A stretch of DNA of 63,938 nt, the filler included, from Octopus bimaculoides (lineage: Eukaryota): NCBI RefSeq assembly GCF_001194135.2. It is 3 parts of 3 records of this genome, joined end to end, with 100 filler letters (N's around TTAATTAATTAA, not from the genome) between each part and the next. Parts side by side here need not be neighbours in the genome. Positions count along the whole stretch, not along the records: positions 1 to 23,294 come from NC_068982.1; 2 more parts are not named here. One strand, written 5' to 3'. Below are positions 1 through 11,307 of the stretch, in pieces; the first letter of the stretch is position 1; each line of letters starts with the position of its first letter. The translations under genes were made by a program, and so were the position numbers. The notes beneath the pieces were generated by a model. The model did not search any database and was not told where the DNA came from. It saw only the letters and a list, made by a program, of their open reading frames with translations.

Positions 1-75
<75 letters not shown>

Positions 76-100
76 CTGTGTCTCTGTGTGTATGTGTGTG
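1..100. repeat. (TG)n microsatellite
   Basis: Perfect TG run over 1-72, degenerate to about 100. Confidence 0.98.
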
Positions 101-305
101 TGCTTTTATATTCATGCGTGCATTTCATTTGCATACATTAGAAACTTATCATTATCACACTCTAAACAATGTATTTTTTCTTTTTATCTTTTAATTTTCC
201 GAAACTGAAACCCTATATATATGTTGAACAATTCATGTATTTAGCTGATTAATCTTTTTTGTTATTGAAAATAAATTTACATTGCGCTTCCATCCTGAAG
301 CTCAC

Positions 306-458
306 CTCTCCGAAGTGTATCACCCGATCTTTAGATACCTACAAAGAATCCGTTTTGTTTACAAGCATCAAAGCCAAAATAACTTCCTCGATTCCTCCCA
401 GCAATCTCAGTCGAAAGGAAAAGTATCTTTTGGGTTGTTCCTCTCTATGCGTCTGAGC
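306..458 (-). other. Candidate spliced exon of an unidentified minus-strand transcript
   Basis: Long polypyrimidine tract TTGTTTCTTTTTCTCTCTTTTTCCTTTCTTGCATTTAAG before 458. Donors GAG|GTGAGC (after 306) and TAG|GTATCT (after 339). Every frame has at least one stop; no family recognised. Confidence 0.25.
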
Positions 459-1044
459 CTTAAATGCAAGAAAGGAAAAAGAGAGAAAAAGAAACAACTA
501 AAGCGAGAAAAAATGATGACTTAATGAACTGAAGCTGCAAGAGACCCAAAATGTTTCGTTTACAGTACATTACTTCCCACTTTGTTGACTGAGAACAATG
601 AATATCTTCAACATATTTTCTTCATTAAATGGTCATGTTATTTGGCCTTGGAGTATTTCAGTCCGCTCATTTTAATTGACTTTCTTTGTGTTCTTGAGTG
701 TGTTACAATTTAGACATAACGTACAAATGAGCAGGTGAACATTTTTTTGGTATTAACCTAGAAAAAAATTAGCAGACGTAGGAAATTACTGCTAAGTGCT
801 TCGTTAATTGGAATGTCATATGATATTTACAATAAATCACTAAATATCAAGACCATATCAATTAGCGATCATGCTATCTTCCCAAGATAAAATTAAATCT
901 CTACATTTGATGTGTTATAACAATGCTATGTTTATTTTAGGGAAACATTCCTAGCAGAAACTTAACTGGAAGAAGTCGAAAATAACTGCATTAATTAATC
1001 AGATAATTAACTTTTTATCAGATTTTTTCCCCTTTTTTAAATAG

Positions 1045-1100
1045 CATCATTGATTGAAGCTTTCCGTTGAACCATCTACTGATTCAAAGTATTTAATACG
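1045..1100 (+). other. Candidate 56-nt non-coding (UTR or lncRNA) exon
   Basis: Acceptor TTTTTTCCCCTTTTTTAAATAG| and donor ACG|GTAAGT. All three frames contain stops. Confidence 0.25.
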
Positions 1101-1221
1101 GTAAGTGATGAGGGATTATAGCAATTAGGGTCCTCATTCAAAAATCACCGGTATTCACGAAGACTTTTACTTTACATTTCTTCGACGATATATACTACTA
1201 CAAAAATACATGAGGTTGTAT

Positions 1222-1252
<31 letters not shown>

Positions 1253-1255
1253 CGC

Positions 1256-1294
<39 letters not shown>

Positions 1295-1334
1295 CGTGTA
1301 TATGTGTATGTACTCATATTTATGTATATAAGTC

Positions 1335-1377
<43 letters not shown>

Positions 1378-1857
1378 NNNNNNNNNNNNNNNNNNNNNNN
1401 NNNNNNNNNNNNNNNNNNNNNNNNNNNNNNNNNNNNNNNNNNNNNNNNNNNNNNNNNNNNNNNNNNNNNNNNNNNNNNNNNNNNNNNNNNNNNNNNNNNN
1501 NNNNNNNNNNNNNNNNNNNNNNNNNNNNNNNNNNNNNNNNNNNNNNNNNNNNNNNNNNNNNNNNNNNNNNNNNNNNNNNNNNNNNNNNNNNNNNNNNNNN
1601 NNNNNNNNNNNNNNNNNNNNNNNNNNNNNNNNNNNNNNNNNNNNNNNNNNNNNNNNNNNNNNNNNNNNNNNNNNNNNNNNNNNNNNNNNNNNNNNNNNNN
1701 NNNNNNNNNNNNNNNNNNNNNNNNNNNNNNNNNNNNNNNNNNNNNNNNNNNNNNNNNNNNNNNNNNNNNNNNNNNNNNNNNNNNNNNNNNNNNNNNNNNN
1801 NNNNNNNNNNNNNNNNNNNNNNNNNNNNNNNNNNNNNNNNNNNNNNNNNNNNNNNNN

Positions 1858-2600
1858 GCGATGAGTAAATTGTCACCATATTATATCTCTAATTTCTCGA
1901 ATGCGCATTGTTTATTTTTGATTTTGTCGACTATGCAGTATAGTAGGGTCAGTTGGGCACCGTCTGTGAGAAACAAAACAGCACCATGACGCAATTCATT
2001 CTGCCAGAAATTTGGAAACGACATTCTGTACTGCTTGGCATTCGCACCGGAAGCTCCAAATGCGAACATTTCAGAGTGTTTGGATATCAATCTGAGGACA
2101 GTGCAGAGAATTCGGAAAGACTTGGATAAGTGGTGATTACGAAGGTAAAGCAGCTCGGAAAACTTCCTTTGATCGTTCTGATAAGAAACGAACTCCTGAA
2201 TTTGTTAGTGAGATCCAGGTGATGATTGACATCGATCCCTCCAAGTCAGTCAAGTCAAACGCCGGTGACATGAGAGTGTCTGAGTTTCTTATCAGGCAGG
2301 TAGGGCATGAAGACATTCGGTATTTATTATACAAAATGAGAAAAGGTCAATTTTTATCCCAAGCCATCAAAGACAAGAAGAAAGACCGCGCTACGAAGCT
2401 TTTGAACAAATACAAGCATCCCGTCCAACCGAAGATGCTTTGGTTTTTTCTCAAACGAGAAACATTTCTGCCAGGATCAGATGGTGAACACACAGAACAT
2501 CCATCGGTGTCCCTAAAACATGTTCCGAGAGTGCTACCGTGTCAAAAGCCGAAATTTATTTCAAAGCTATCCCCACATCATGCATGTAGCGCTCCCTGTT
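1858..2600 (+). mobile_element. Degenerate, internally deleted Tc1/mariner-superfamily transposon (probably DD37D/maT-like)
   Basis: ATG at 1986: MTQFILPEIWKRHSVLLGI..(frameshift)..NISECLDINLRTVQRIRK (HTH), then IDPSKSVKS..VSEFLIRQVGHEDIRY..KMRKGQFLSQ..KLLNK..MLWFF(S)NEKHFCQDQMVNTQN, with the first catalytic D (SDE) mutated to N. The rest of the catalytic core is deleted; the left end runs into the N gap. Confidence 0.85.
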
Positions 2601-2619
2601 TTATATATGAATATTATAC

Positions 2620-2680
2620 TCTGTCTGTTTCTCTATCTCTCTCCCTCTCTCTCTCCCTCTCTCTCTTTCTCTCTGTCTCA

Positions 2681-2767
<87 letters not shown>
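2620..2767. repeat. (CT)n/(CTGT)n microsatellite
   Basis: Direct observation. Confidence 0.97.
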
Positions 2768-2770
<3 letters not shown>

Positions 2771-3829
2771 AAGTAATATTCGCTTTACAGAGACAATTAT
2801 TTATCTGCTGCATTTATTTACTCCTACTTTCACACTTATCGATCAAGTATTAAAAAAAATTGACGCTTGAGAGAAAAACCAACCTTTTTTATTCTGAAAT
2901 GAAATTTTATATCCGTTTCTTATCCGTGTAAATATCATAGTGGTTAAGAAATATTAAATAAACCCACACACTACCAATATGCAAGAGTTTCTGATAAACA
3001 TATATTACTATTTTACGATCCATCAATTAAATAATTAAGCAATTAATGTGTAATTAAGATAGGATTGAACGAATATTGCATCGTAAATATTTTTAAACTG
3101 AGTGTAGAAATCGATACAGAGTATGCAATGAAAAAGAAATATAAAATCAAAGAGAGAATGAAAATATAATTAGTAATTAATCAAGACGTTTACAAGGAGC
3201 TATAGGTTAAATTCTCATCTAACACTCGATTGGTTTTCATTTTCCCTTGAGTCATCTTTGTCTATTTCTATACTTGGTTTAAAAATATAACAAATGCATT
3301 ATGTAATTAATGCCTTAGCGTTTACAGCTATTTTCTTAAATATGTTATGCATTAAAATTTGCATAAAGAGTATATACGCCTATGACATTTAAAACTGATC
3401 AGAAACCCACTTTTCAGCTTTCCCTTTTTTGAAACACAAGTAAAGGGATTCGCTGTTAATATGTTTGATATATCGACACCGGGTGATAACATTGAAATCT
3501 CTGAAAAAGCATACTCTACTGTCTAACTAAAAACAATTAACTTTTGGCTGATGTTGTTATTGGCACCACATTTATACCGCAAAGTTGCCAGCATGGCCAT
3601 AACTAGAAAGTTTTCAATCAAAGACTTACTTATTACAGTGTACCCTTAGGTTCAAAACTTCCGTAGAGGAACAATCATTATCATTACAAATCGAATATTT
3701 ATTCCAACTTCATTGAATAGTTGTCAATGTTCAGAACTTAACGAGAAACGAGTCTTTTATTTTTATACACCAAATTTAGTGTATGATTCTACAGTATAAA
3801 ATATGATATCTAATAAGTAAATATGTGAA

Positions 3830-3920
<91 letters not shown>
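3830..3920. repeat. (TG)n microsatellite
   Basis: Perfect run. Confidence 0.98.
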
Positions 3921-3923
<3 letters not shown>

Positions 3924-4499
3924 ATAGTTACATATAAAAAAGACAAACAATTATCATGTCAACTATTCTTCTTCCTTATCTCTCTCTCCTTATGTTCAAT
4001 GATAACACTTAAATGGTTGCTTTCGAAAGTCTCTGATGGTTTCTTCTATATGTATGTAAGTACGGATATATGTACACGTAATGAGTATCATTTATGCAAG
4101 CAGTATATATTATATATGGATGTATGGATGCATGTATGTGCTTATATTTACGTAATCCGTTCGTGGGTATATTACGTAAAGTATATATAGCTTTCTAATC
4201 CCATATATATCTTCATTTAGATTGCTATTCTAAATTAAACCACAGATTTTTTTCCACTTATTGATTTGAATATTATGTATGATTAAATATACATTAAATA
4301 TATGGTGGACGAAAAGTTACAAATGATGCTGAAATTTTAATAAATCTGTCTTAATTACCTGCATTTTGCGATTTGCAGTATGTAATGTTTCACATATAAC
4401 CGACGTATCCATACTTGTGTCTGCACTTGTGCGCGCGTGTGTTGTGTGTGCGCGTGTGTGTATGTATGTATGCATAATTTAATAAGTCGTTGATTCAGC

Positions 4500-6960
4500 T
4501 CCATCCCTCTTAAGGCTTTGTAGGCTCGTCAAATAAACGTAACTCATCAGGTATGTAAGCTGACTGAAGAGGGGTGCAAGATGTCATCAGATGGTATCCA
4601 ATTATTATTAGGTATTTCGACCCTGAAGCGTAACACCCTCTTTTTGGAGCGTCAGCGAAAGTGGCCAAATCATTGTTCATCATCTCCTCTTGGCTTCCAG
4701 CTTAACCTCTCCCTCTTTCTCCATAACTAGCAAAATGTTCTTTCTGCACTGCAGTCTCTCTCATCCTTCACACAGCCACCGTTCGTTATTTTCCTCTCAT
4801 TCCATTGGCTGTAAGCATCTTCCATACTAACTGGACAGGGAATCCCCTAGAGTCAACCTCGACTGACGAAAGCCATGACTGCAATCCCTTCTCCTTGCAA
4901 TCCTGCAGAAGGCTCTCGTACTTGGCACGCTTTATTTCGTGGTCCTGATACACCCTTCTTCCCTAAACTCGTTCAAGATTATTTTTCTTGCCTTTTCAAA
5001 CCACAGAATTACATCTGGCCTCAGGGATGCATAGACGACCTTGGAAAACTGCTGCCTTTCCCCCAAAACCACGTTCATATACCGTAATGGAGACCCATGT
5101 AGTAAGCTATTTGTCCTTTTTGCTGACCTCAATGACATTTTTCCATTCACGAACTTGATTGTTCCTATTGCTTTCCCCTGATGCTAGTGTTTGTTGGCCC
5201 TTTCCTGGTTGGGGTGTGAGCAAGTGTCGCAAGCACCTTGTCATGGCGCTACTTGTATCTCCCTTGAGTAAGTGCTGTTTTGCACCATGATAAGATGTGT
5301 GCCAGGGTGCACCTTTTCTCATATTCTACACGGCTTGTTCACATTCAAACCCCATTTGTGCAGCAGATGTGGTTTGAAAGGAGACCAGCGCTTGCAGTAC
5401 GAAGGGGATACCGAAAAGTTCAAGTCTCCACTGGTTTCCCCATGTAATTTTCCCCTTAGAAAGATTCCTTTTCATCCAGTGTCCCTGAGATATAGCTCTA
5501 CAGCTATTGACCTTCTTTCTTCCTCCTGGTTCTGTACTTCTTCCTGGATCATGACCCTCCTCCCTTTGATATTCGTCTGTGGTAATAATTACTGATATTA
5601 CTATAACAATATATGTCATACTCACTACTGTTAATATTACTACAGCGAGATGAAAACGAGGCTTTGGAATGAAAACGAGGATTTGGGATGAAATCGAGGC
5701 TTAGTAATGGTATAAAACATTGCTGTCTGCTGACCAGCGAAGTTTATGACAGAGGCTACTACTGACGGATACTGTGCTCCTGTTCTTGGAATAGTAATGC
5801 CTGCTTACGGCCAATATTTTTTAGCCTCCTATATTAACGAAATTGAGAATTGTTACACTTCTATACCGTCGTCCTACATGTTTCGAAATGGGAAGAGTGA
5901 GAGACTTATGCCCTGCAATGATGTCGCGTAGTTTGAACATGCTTTCAGATCGCGTGATTGTGGTGCTGGTTACCCACTTTTTTCCTTGATCTTGTTGTGA
6001 AAGCTGCATGTCCAACATGCTCATCCTGAAAGTCCCTGTACATCCCTACAATATATTTTTCGCGACATTGAATTCCTCCGTCACGGATGACAGGGTAAAT
6101 TGAAGCTGTCAAAATCTTATGTAAAGGCCTATTGAAGTGAAGCTTGGAGGGCACGTAGCTAATTTCGGAGGTAGTTGGTTACCTTCCACTCCACGCTTTC
6201 TACTCTTATCATTGGAATCTCATAACCTCAATAACCATATGAGTCTTTGGAGCAGTCCGTGTTAGTAGAACCATGCCTTATATTTTGATTCTATTGTTTA
6301 TCCTTGGAATTCTTTATCAACAGCTATTATGAGACTCATTCCCATGATGGAAAGAATGGGGAAAATTGTGAAACCAGTTATGATACCTTTCACTGAGTTA
6401 TTAAGTGGGCTGTATTGAAACGTAACTGGATGCCTCCAAAGTAACTGATAATTATTCCTTTGATGCGCAGAGGTATATGGCAGTTGTCGAGGATTGCATA
6501 TATGAAGATTTGAAGTATTGACCCATACACACTTGCCACAACTACCCAGACCATTGTCAAGTCGCCCTTATTTTTCTTGGCTCCCCGGATCATCTGGCTG
6601 AGAAATCCTGTGCGTTCCAGACATTCCTAGAAGCTTGGAGCCCATCTTTCTAGATAGAGGCCTTTATGCATTCATTCTTAGTCATGTACGAAGTCATCCC
6701 TTTAGCCAATAAGGAAAAGAAAAAATTCATTTCAATGCACAGGAGTGGCTGAGGAATGTTCTTTGGATGAGACGTCCTTCTGCCTTCTTCCAACATAATG
6801 GAACGACTCCCTTTATACTTGTCTTTCGGAACAGCGTTAACAGCCTCCAAAGGAGCAATGAGTATTTTAGTATACTTTATAAGGTCGACCACTAGCGCCA
6901 GGAGCTGATCCTGATCTGGCCTACTTCACCACCCCTTCCATTTCTTTCTAGAGGTGGAGT
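4500..6960 (-). mobile_element. HERO-like RLE non-LTR retrotransposon, 5'-truncated and degenerate
   Basis: Minus-strand pieces in the expected order: RT (IEMNFFFSLLAKGMTSYM; LIRGAKKNKGDLTMVWVVVASVYGSI; KGIITGFTIFPILSIMGM), KW..TRSESMFKLRDII, ISQGHWMK..KITWG..WRLE, CCHC-like region (CTLAHILSWCKTALTQGRY..RHDKVL), RLE (LRPDVILWFEKARKIIL..EEGC; KRAKYESLLQDCKEKG..VEVDSRGF). Many stops and frameshifts. Confidence 0.88.
5647..5702. repeat. Three ~19-20 bp tandem units (GATGAAAACGAGG...) inside a short insertion in the HERO-like element
   Basis: gatgaaaacgaggctttg / gaatgaaaacgaggatttg / ggatgaaatcgaggcttag. Confidence 0.8.
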
Positions 6961-7282
6961 TTGATGCATCGAAAAGCGGTTACGATAGTGAAATATAATT
7001 CGGCTACATTTTTCATACGTAACTGTTTTCATGCAGCATAACCATATTTGAGATTAATAAATAACAACAAAATTTTACGTAATGATATACTTGTATATAT
7101 TACGAAAATCATAAAATAACTCGACTGAAATAGTAATTCGTGATATAAATGTGAAATAAAGATTTGAAATTTAAGAGCTGTACGGTATCTACTGATGTAG
7201 TTTTTGAAACTATATCAGATACTTTAATATTTTTCTCCATAATGTTTTGCTTACTTCATTGTGCTTTGTTTTTGAAATATAT

Positions 7283-7375
7283 CCTTTATGATTTACTTAT
7301 TTCAGTCATTGAACAGTAGCAATGCTGGGGCATCACCTTGTAGTGTTTTCGTTGAGCAAGTCGACACCCATTACT
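7283..7375 (-). mobile_element. SINE family A (Octopus OR-like) 3' tail fragment
   Basis: Similar to the reverse-strand tail of the 52820-53188 copy (tcagtcatt..gcaatgctggggcatcacc..gtcgac). Confidence 0.7.
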
Positions 7376-8174
7376 TTATGCGTATGTGCATTTATATATA
7401 TATATATNNNNNNNNNNNNNNNNNNNNNNNNNNNNNNNNNNNNNNNNNNNNNNNNNNNNNNNNNNNNNNNNNNNNNNNNNNNNNNNNNNNNNNNNNNNNN
7501 NNNNNNNNNNNNNNNNNNNNNNNNNNNNNNNNNNNNNNNNNNNNNNNNNNNNNNNNNNNNNNNNNNNNNNNNNNNNNNNNNNNNNNNNNNNNNNNNNNNN
7601 NNNNNNNNNNNNNNNNNNNNNNNNNNNNNNNNNNNNNNNNNNNNNNNNNNNNNNNNNNNNNNNNNNNTATATATACATATATATAATATAATATAATATA
7701 ATATAATATAATATAATATAATGAAAACCACAAGTCTTGTTAAATACAGCAAGACTTATTGTTTTCATCATCACATTACCTTTACTCTCTTAGCTGATCC
7801 AGTGTTATTCTACTTGTTGAAACCTTACCACACAATTTTTGCGTGCGCGAGTATGTGTGTATATGTGTGTGTGTGTAAAAAATATAGGTATGTACTCTCT
7901 GAGTAATCAATTTGGTATGCCACTAAAATTGCAGTATAAACTACAGCTGAATATGAAATTTCCTGACTGCCTTTCTAAAGCGGCTACAAATGGCTTCCCC
8001 TTGAGAAGGTGTGTATAGATTAAAACAGAAACGAAGAGATAAACAGCTTGGTAAGACTTGACAGTGACATTTAATTCAACAATATAAAAATGTAATATGA
8101 TAAACATTATATAGCTGAATTAAATGTACTTGTTACGTGTTACCAAACTGTTTGCCTTTTCATTCCTGTTTATG

Positions 8175-8216
<42 letters not shown>

Positions 8217-8219
<3 letters not shown>

Positions 8220-8337
8220 TCACAAGGCTTTGGTCCGCCCGAAACTCTACCAGAATACACTTGTCCAACGTATTGAACTCACTCGACACCATGTGTATGG
8301 GAAGCAAGCTCCTTACCACACAGCTATGCCTGCGCCT
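8217..8337 (-). mobile_element. SINE family A, 5' tRNA-derived head plus core
   Basis: Reverse complement ggcgcaggcatagctgtgtggtaaggagcttgcttccc..ggacaagtg..gccttgtgagtg; matches 53060-53188 and 63280-63412. Confidence 0.85.
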
Positions 8338-8864
8338 ATATGTACAAGAAGAAATTTTAAGCTCATCGAAAATTAAATATATAAGAAACTTGACTGCTGA
8401 TATGTAATTAAAGTATATGATGAAATTATACGATAAAATCAAGATAAAAGTATTCGATAATAGAATACTTATATGATTTATACATTTCAGTAAAATGATC
8501 GATGTAGGAATGTAATAGATCATATTTTATATTACATTGGCCGTATGTAATTTTATAAGATTTTTACAGCAATTACTCATATAAAAACAAATTACGTTTT
8601 CTGATATGTTGGATAAAATTCCAAATACAGACGTGTAAAACTTCAATGTATGATTCATATATAAAATTTAAGATATGATATTCATGTATAATTTAGTTGT
8701 ACGTGAAATAAAACTAGCTATTACATCGAATGAATATTCGACGGAATGAAAATGCGGTAGAGATCTCAGAGGTAGTGATGTCACACGAAGTGTGTGGAGG
8801 GTAGTGTCTAGGTAGAGGAAATATACATACAATATATATACATATGTGTATGTGTGTGGGTGTG

Positions 8865-9095
8865 TGGGGGTGTCAGTGTTTGTCCCCCCACCACTTGACA
8901 ACTAGTGTTGGTTGTTTATGTCCCTGTAACTTAGCGGTTCGATAAAAAGACACGGATAGAATAAGTACCAGACTTAAAGAAAAATAATTTTTAAAAAATT
9001 AGTAATGGTATCGATTCATTCGACTAAAAGTCTTCCAGGGCAGTGCCCCAGTATGGCCGCAGTCTAATGACTGAAACAGGTATGAGATAAAAGAT
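8865..9095 (+). mobile_element. SINE family A, 3' half
   Basis: gtgtttgtcccccaccac..gtaacttagcggttcg..agaataagtacc..tatggccgcagtctaatgactgaaac. Confidence 0.88.
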
Positions 9096-9129
9096 TATAT
9101 ATCTACATACATACATACATACATGCATG

Positions 9130-9187
<58 letters not shown>

Positions 9188-9189
9188 AA

Positions 9190-9513
9190 TATCCATCTTC
9201 GAAGATTCTGCTGTGAGTGGGAATGGGCCTTCCCCATTGTGTCCTATCCTCAGACTTTCCGGCTGGATTCCCAAACATGATCAACTGAGTCTATGGATAT
9301 TATCTCGTTTTGGGTTTTACTCCTAGGTCTCCTGCTAGTTGGCTCACCTTGAAAATTCAGTCTTTCGATTCTTTTCCACTGTATTCTAATCATATTTCCT
9401 TTGTACTGGAGCTGTGATCTTTTGATGCGAACAAGTAACGCCTCAACTTAGAGAGACACCCTGACCTCCGAACTATGCAACTTGTCGAGTAACGTTACTA
9501 CAGAGATCATTCG
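9190..9513 (-). mobile_element. RTE-clade LINE 3' end (post-RT C-terminus)
   Basis: Translates to ISVVTLLDKLHSSEVRVSL*VEALLVRIKRSQLQYKGNMIRI..GEPTSRRPRSK, resembling the RTE ISGVTLLD..VEPLLLRIERSQLRW.GH..R..PTGRRPRGRP motif. Confidence 0.8.
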
Positions 9514-9554
9514 ATTAACCTCATTTTGGTCGTTTGTATTCATAATCATACCCT

Positions 9555-10045
9555 TTTGTTGTTAGGTCGAAATTTTTCAATGTGGGTGTCTGACATCAGC
9601 AGGTGTGTGTATAGTTATTCTCGAGTCTCGTTCTTATAATTTTTAAGAACCCGATTGATAAGAGCAGCCTTTGTGAAAGTGGTATTACAATCGGCGGGTG
9701 TTGGATTGATCAGCTAATGTTATTTTGCTAATCAGACGGGGATCTATAGATTGCACTGAATGGGTTCCCAGAACATCACTGAGACAGGTGAATTTTAATT
9801 ATCTTGGGAACTGTATTCACGAGGTGCTGGGAAGCAGAAATCTGAGTTGGATGCTAGACTTGAAAGTGCAGACACAGTAATGCGCCAGTTTCAACATTTG
9901 ATCGTCAGAAATTGAGGGGTTTGTACAAAAGCCAAACTAGCTATCTTTAATTGGGTTTTCGCTGTGATCATGAATCAGCTATGATCATGAATGTGGGGCA
10001 ATGACCGAAAGAGTACGATCACGAATGCAAGGCATTGAAAAGGAA
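9555..10045 (+). mobile_element. RTE-clade RT fragment, inverted relative to the adjoining 3' end
   Basis: SKFFNVGV..(QGC-like)..GITIGGCWIDQL..GDL*IALNG; NYLGTVFT; ADTVMRQ..AKLAIFN..HECGAMTERVRSRMQGIE. Confidence 0.8.
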
Positions 10046-10399
10046 TGCACACACACATACATACACACACACATACATACACACATACACACATGCACAC
10101 ACACAACACACATGTACATATCTATATGTAGCTAAGTCTATATTATTTCATAGAGTGACTAATGGTTTCGTATTCACAAAGGGCTTAGCCCCATGAAGAC
10201 AAACGTAGCTCTTCACCTCTGGGAAGCTTGAAACCGTTAAAATCATTTGGTTAGTAAGTCATCAAAGAATAAATGCTTCGGGGTCAACGAGGACAGGTTA
10301 TCTTCCTTAGACCAGTTTATTTGGGCCAAAAGATGAGTAACAAGTTTTGTTTTTACTTGGGCTGCTTTTAAATCGTAAGGATCCTTTCATGTCTTATCG

Positions 10400-10745
10400 G
10401 AGAACGGGAAATCCAATGTTTGCAGCAGGTACCGTTTGAAATGGATGCAAGGACTATAAATTTCCTGGCGAGTGTTGAGCGATCCAGATTTCAGGGTGTC
10501 TTTTAGTATACTTGCTCGCTCAGATATACAAAGCTTAGAATGTTCTCTCTCACTTGGTATTCTATAGAATCCCTTCATCTTTGAGGCGCGACATGCGGCT
10601 GGCCAGGGTTGTGACGAATCGCCTTTCCGGAGTCCTAAAAGAGAATGTGTGGTTGTACAAGCGCCGCTTGCAGGCCGTCCCAGCTGACCTGATATACTTC
10701 CAGGCTTGAGTGTTGGTTGTACTCACATTCCTGGCACATCTTCGG
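10400..10745 (-). mobile_element. Penelope-like element (PLE) GIY-YIG endonuclease fragment
   Basis: WKYIRSAGTACKRRLYNHTFSFR..TTLASRMSRLKDEG then (frameshift) SKLCISERASIL..SLNTRQEIYSPCIH, resembling PLE YIG..FK.R.YNH..SF and C.LC..EK..I..LN.R.E...C.H. Confidence 0.78.
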
Positions 10746-10749
10746 TTGA

Positions 10750-10772
10750 TTCTCTCTTTCTTTCTCTCTCTT

Positions 10773-10815
<43 letters not shown>

Positions 10816-11239
10816 NNNNNNNNNNNNNNNNNNNNNNNNNNNNNNNNNNNNNNNNNNNNNNNNNNNNNNNNNNNNNNNNNNNNNNNNNNNNNNNNNNNNN
10901 NNNNNNNNNNNNNNNNNNNNNNNNNNNNNNNNNNNNNNNNNNNNNNNNNNNNNNNNNNNNNNNNNNNNNNNNNNNNNNNNNNNNNNNNNNNNNNNNNNNN
11001 NNNNNNNNNNNNNNNNNNNNNNNNNNNNNNNNNNNNNNNNNNNNNNNNNNNNNNNNNNNNNNNNNNNNNNNNNNNNNNNNNNNNNNNNNNNNNNNNNNNN
11101 NNNNNNNNNNNNNNNNNNNNNNNNNNNNNNNNNNNNNNNNNNNNNNNNNNNNNNNNNNNNNNNNNNNNNNNNNNNNNNNNNNNNNNNNNNNNNNNNNNNN
11201 NNNNNNNNNNNNNNNNNNNNNNNNNNNNNNNNNNNNNNN

Positions 11240-11306
<67 letters not shown>
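10750..11306. repeat. (CT)n and (TG)n microsatellites flanking an N gap
   Basis: Direct observation. Confidence 0.95.
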
Positions 11307-11307
<1 letters not shown>

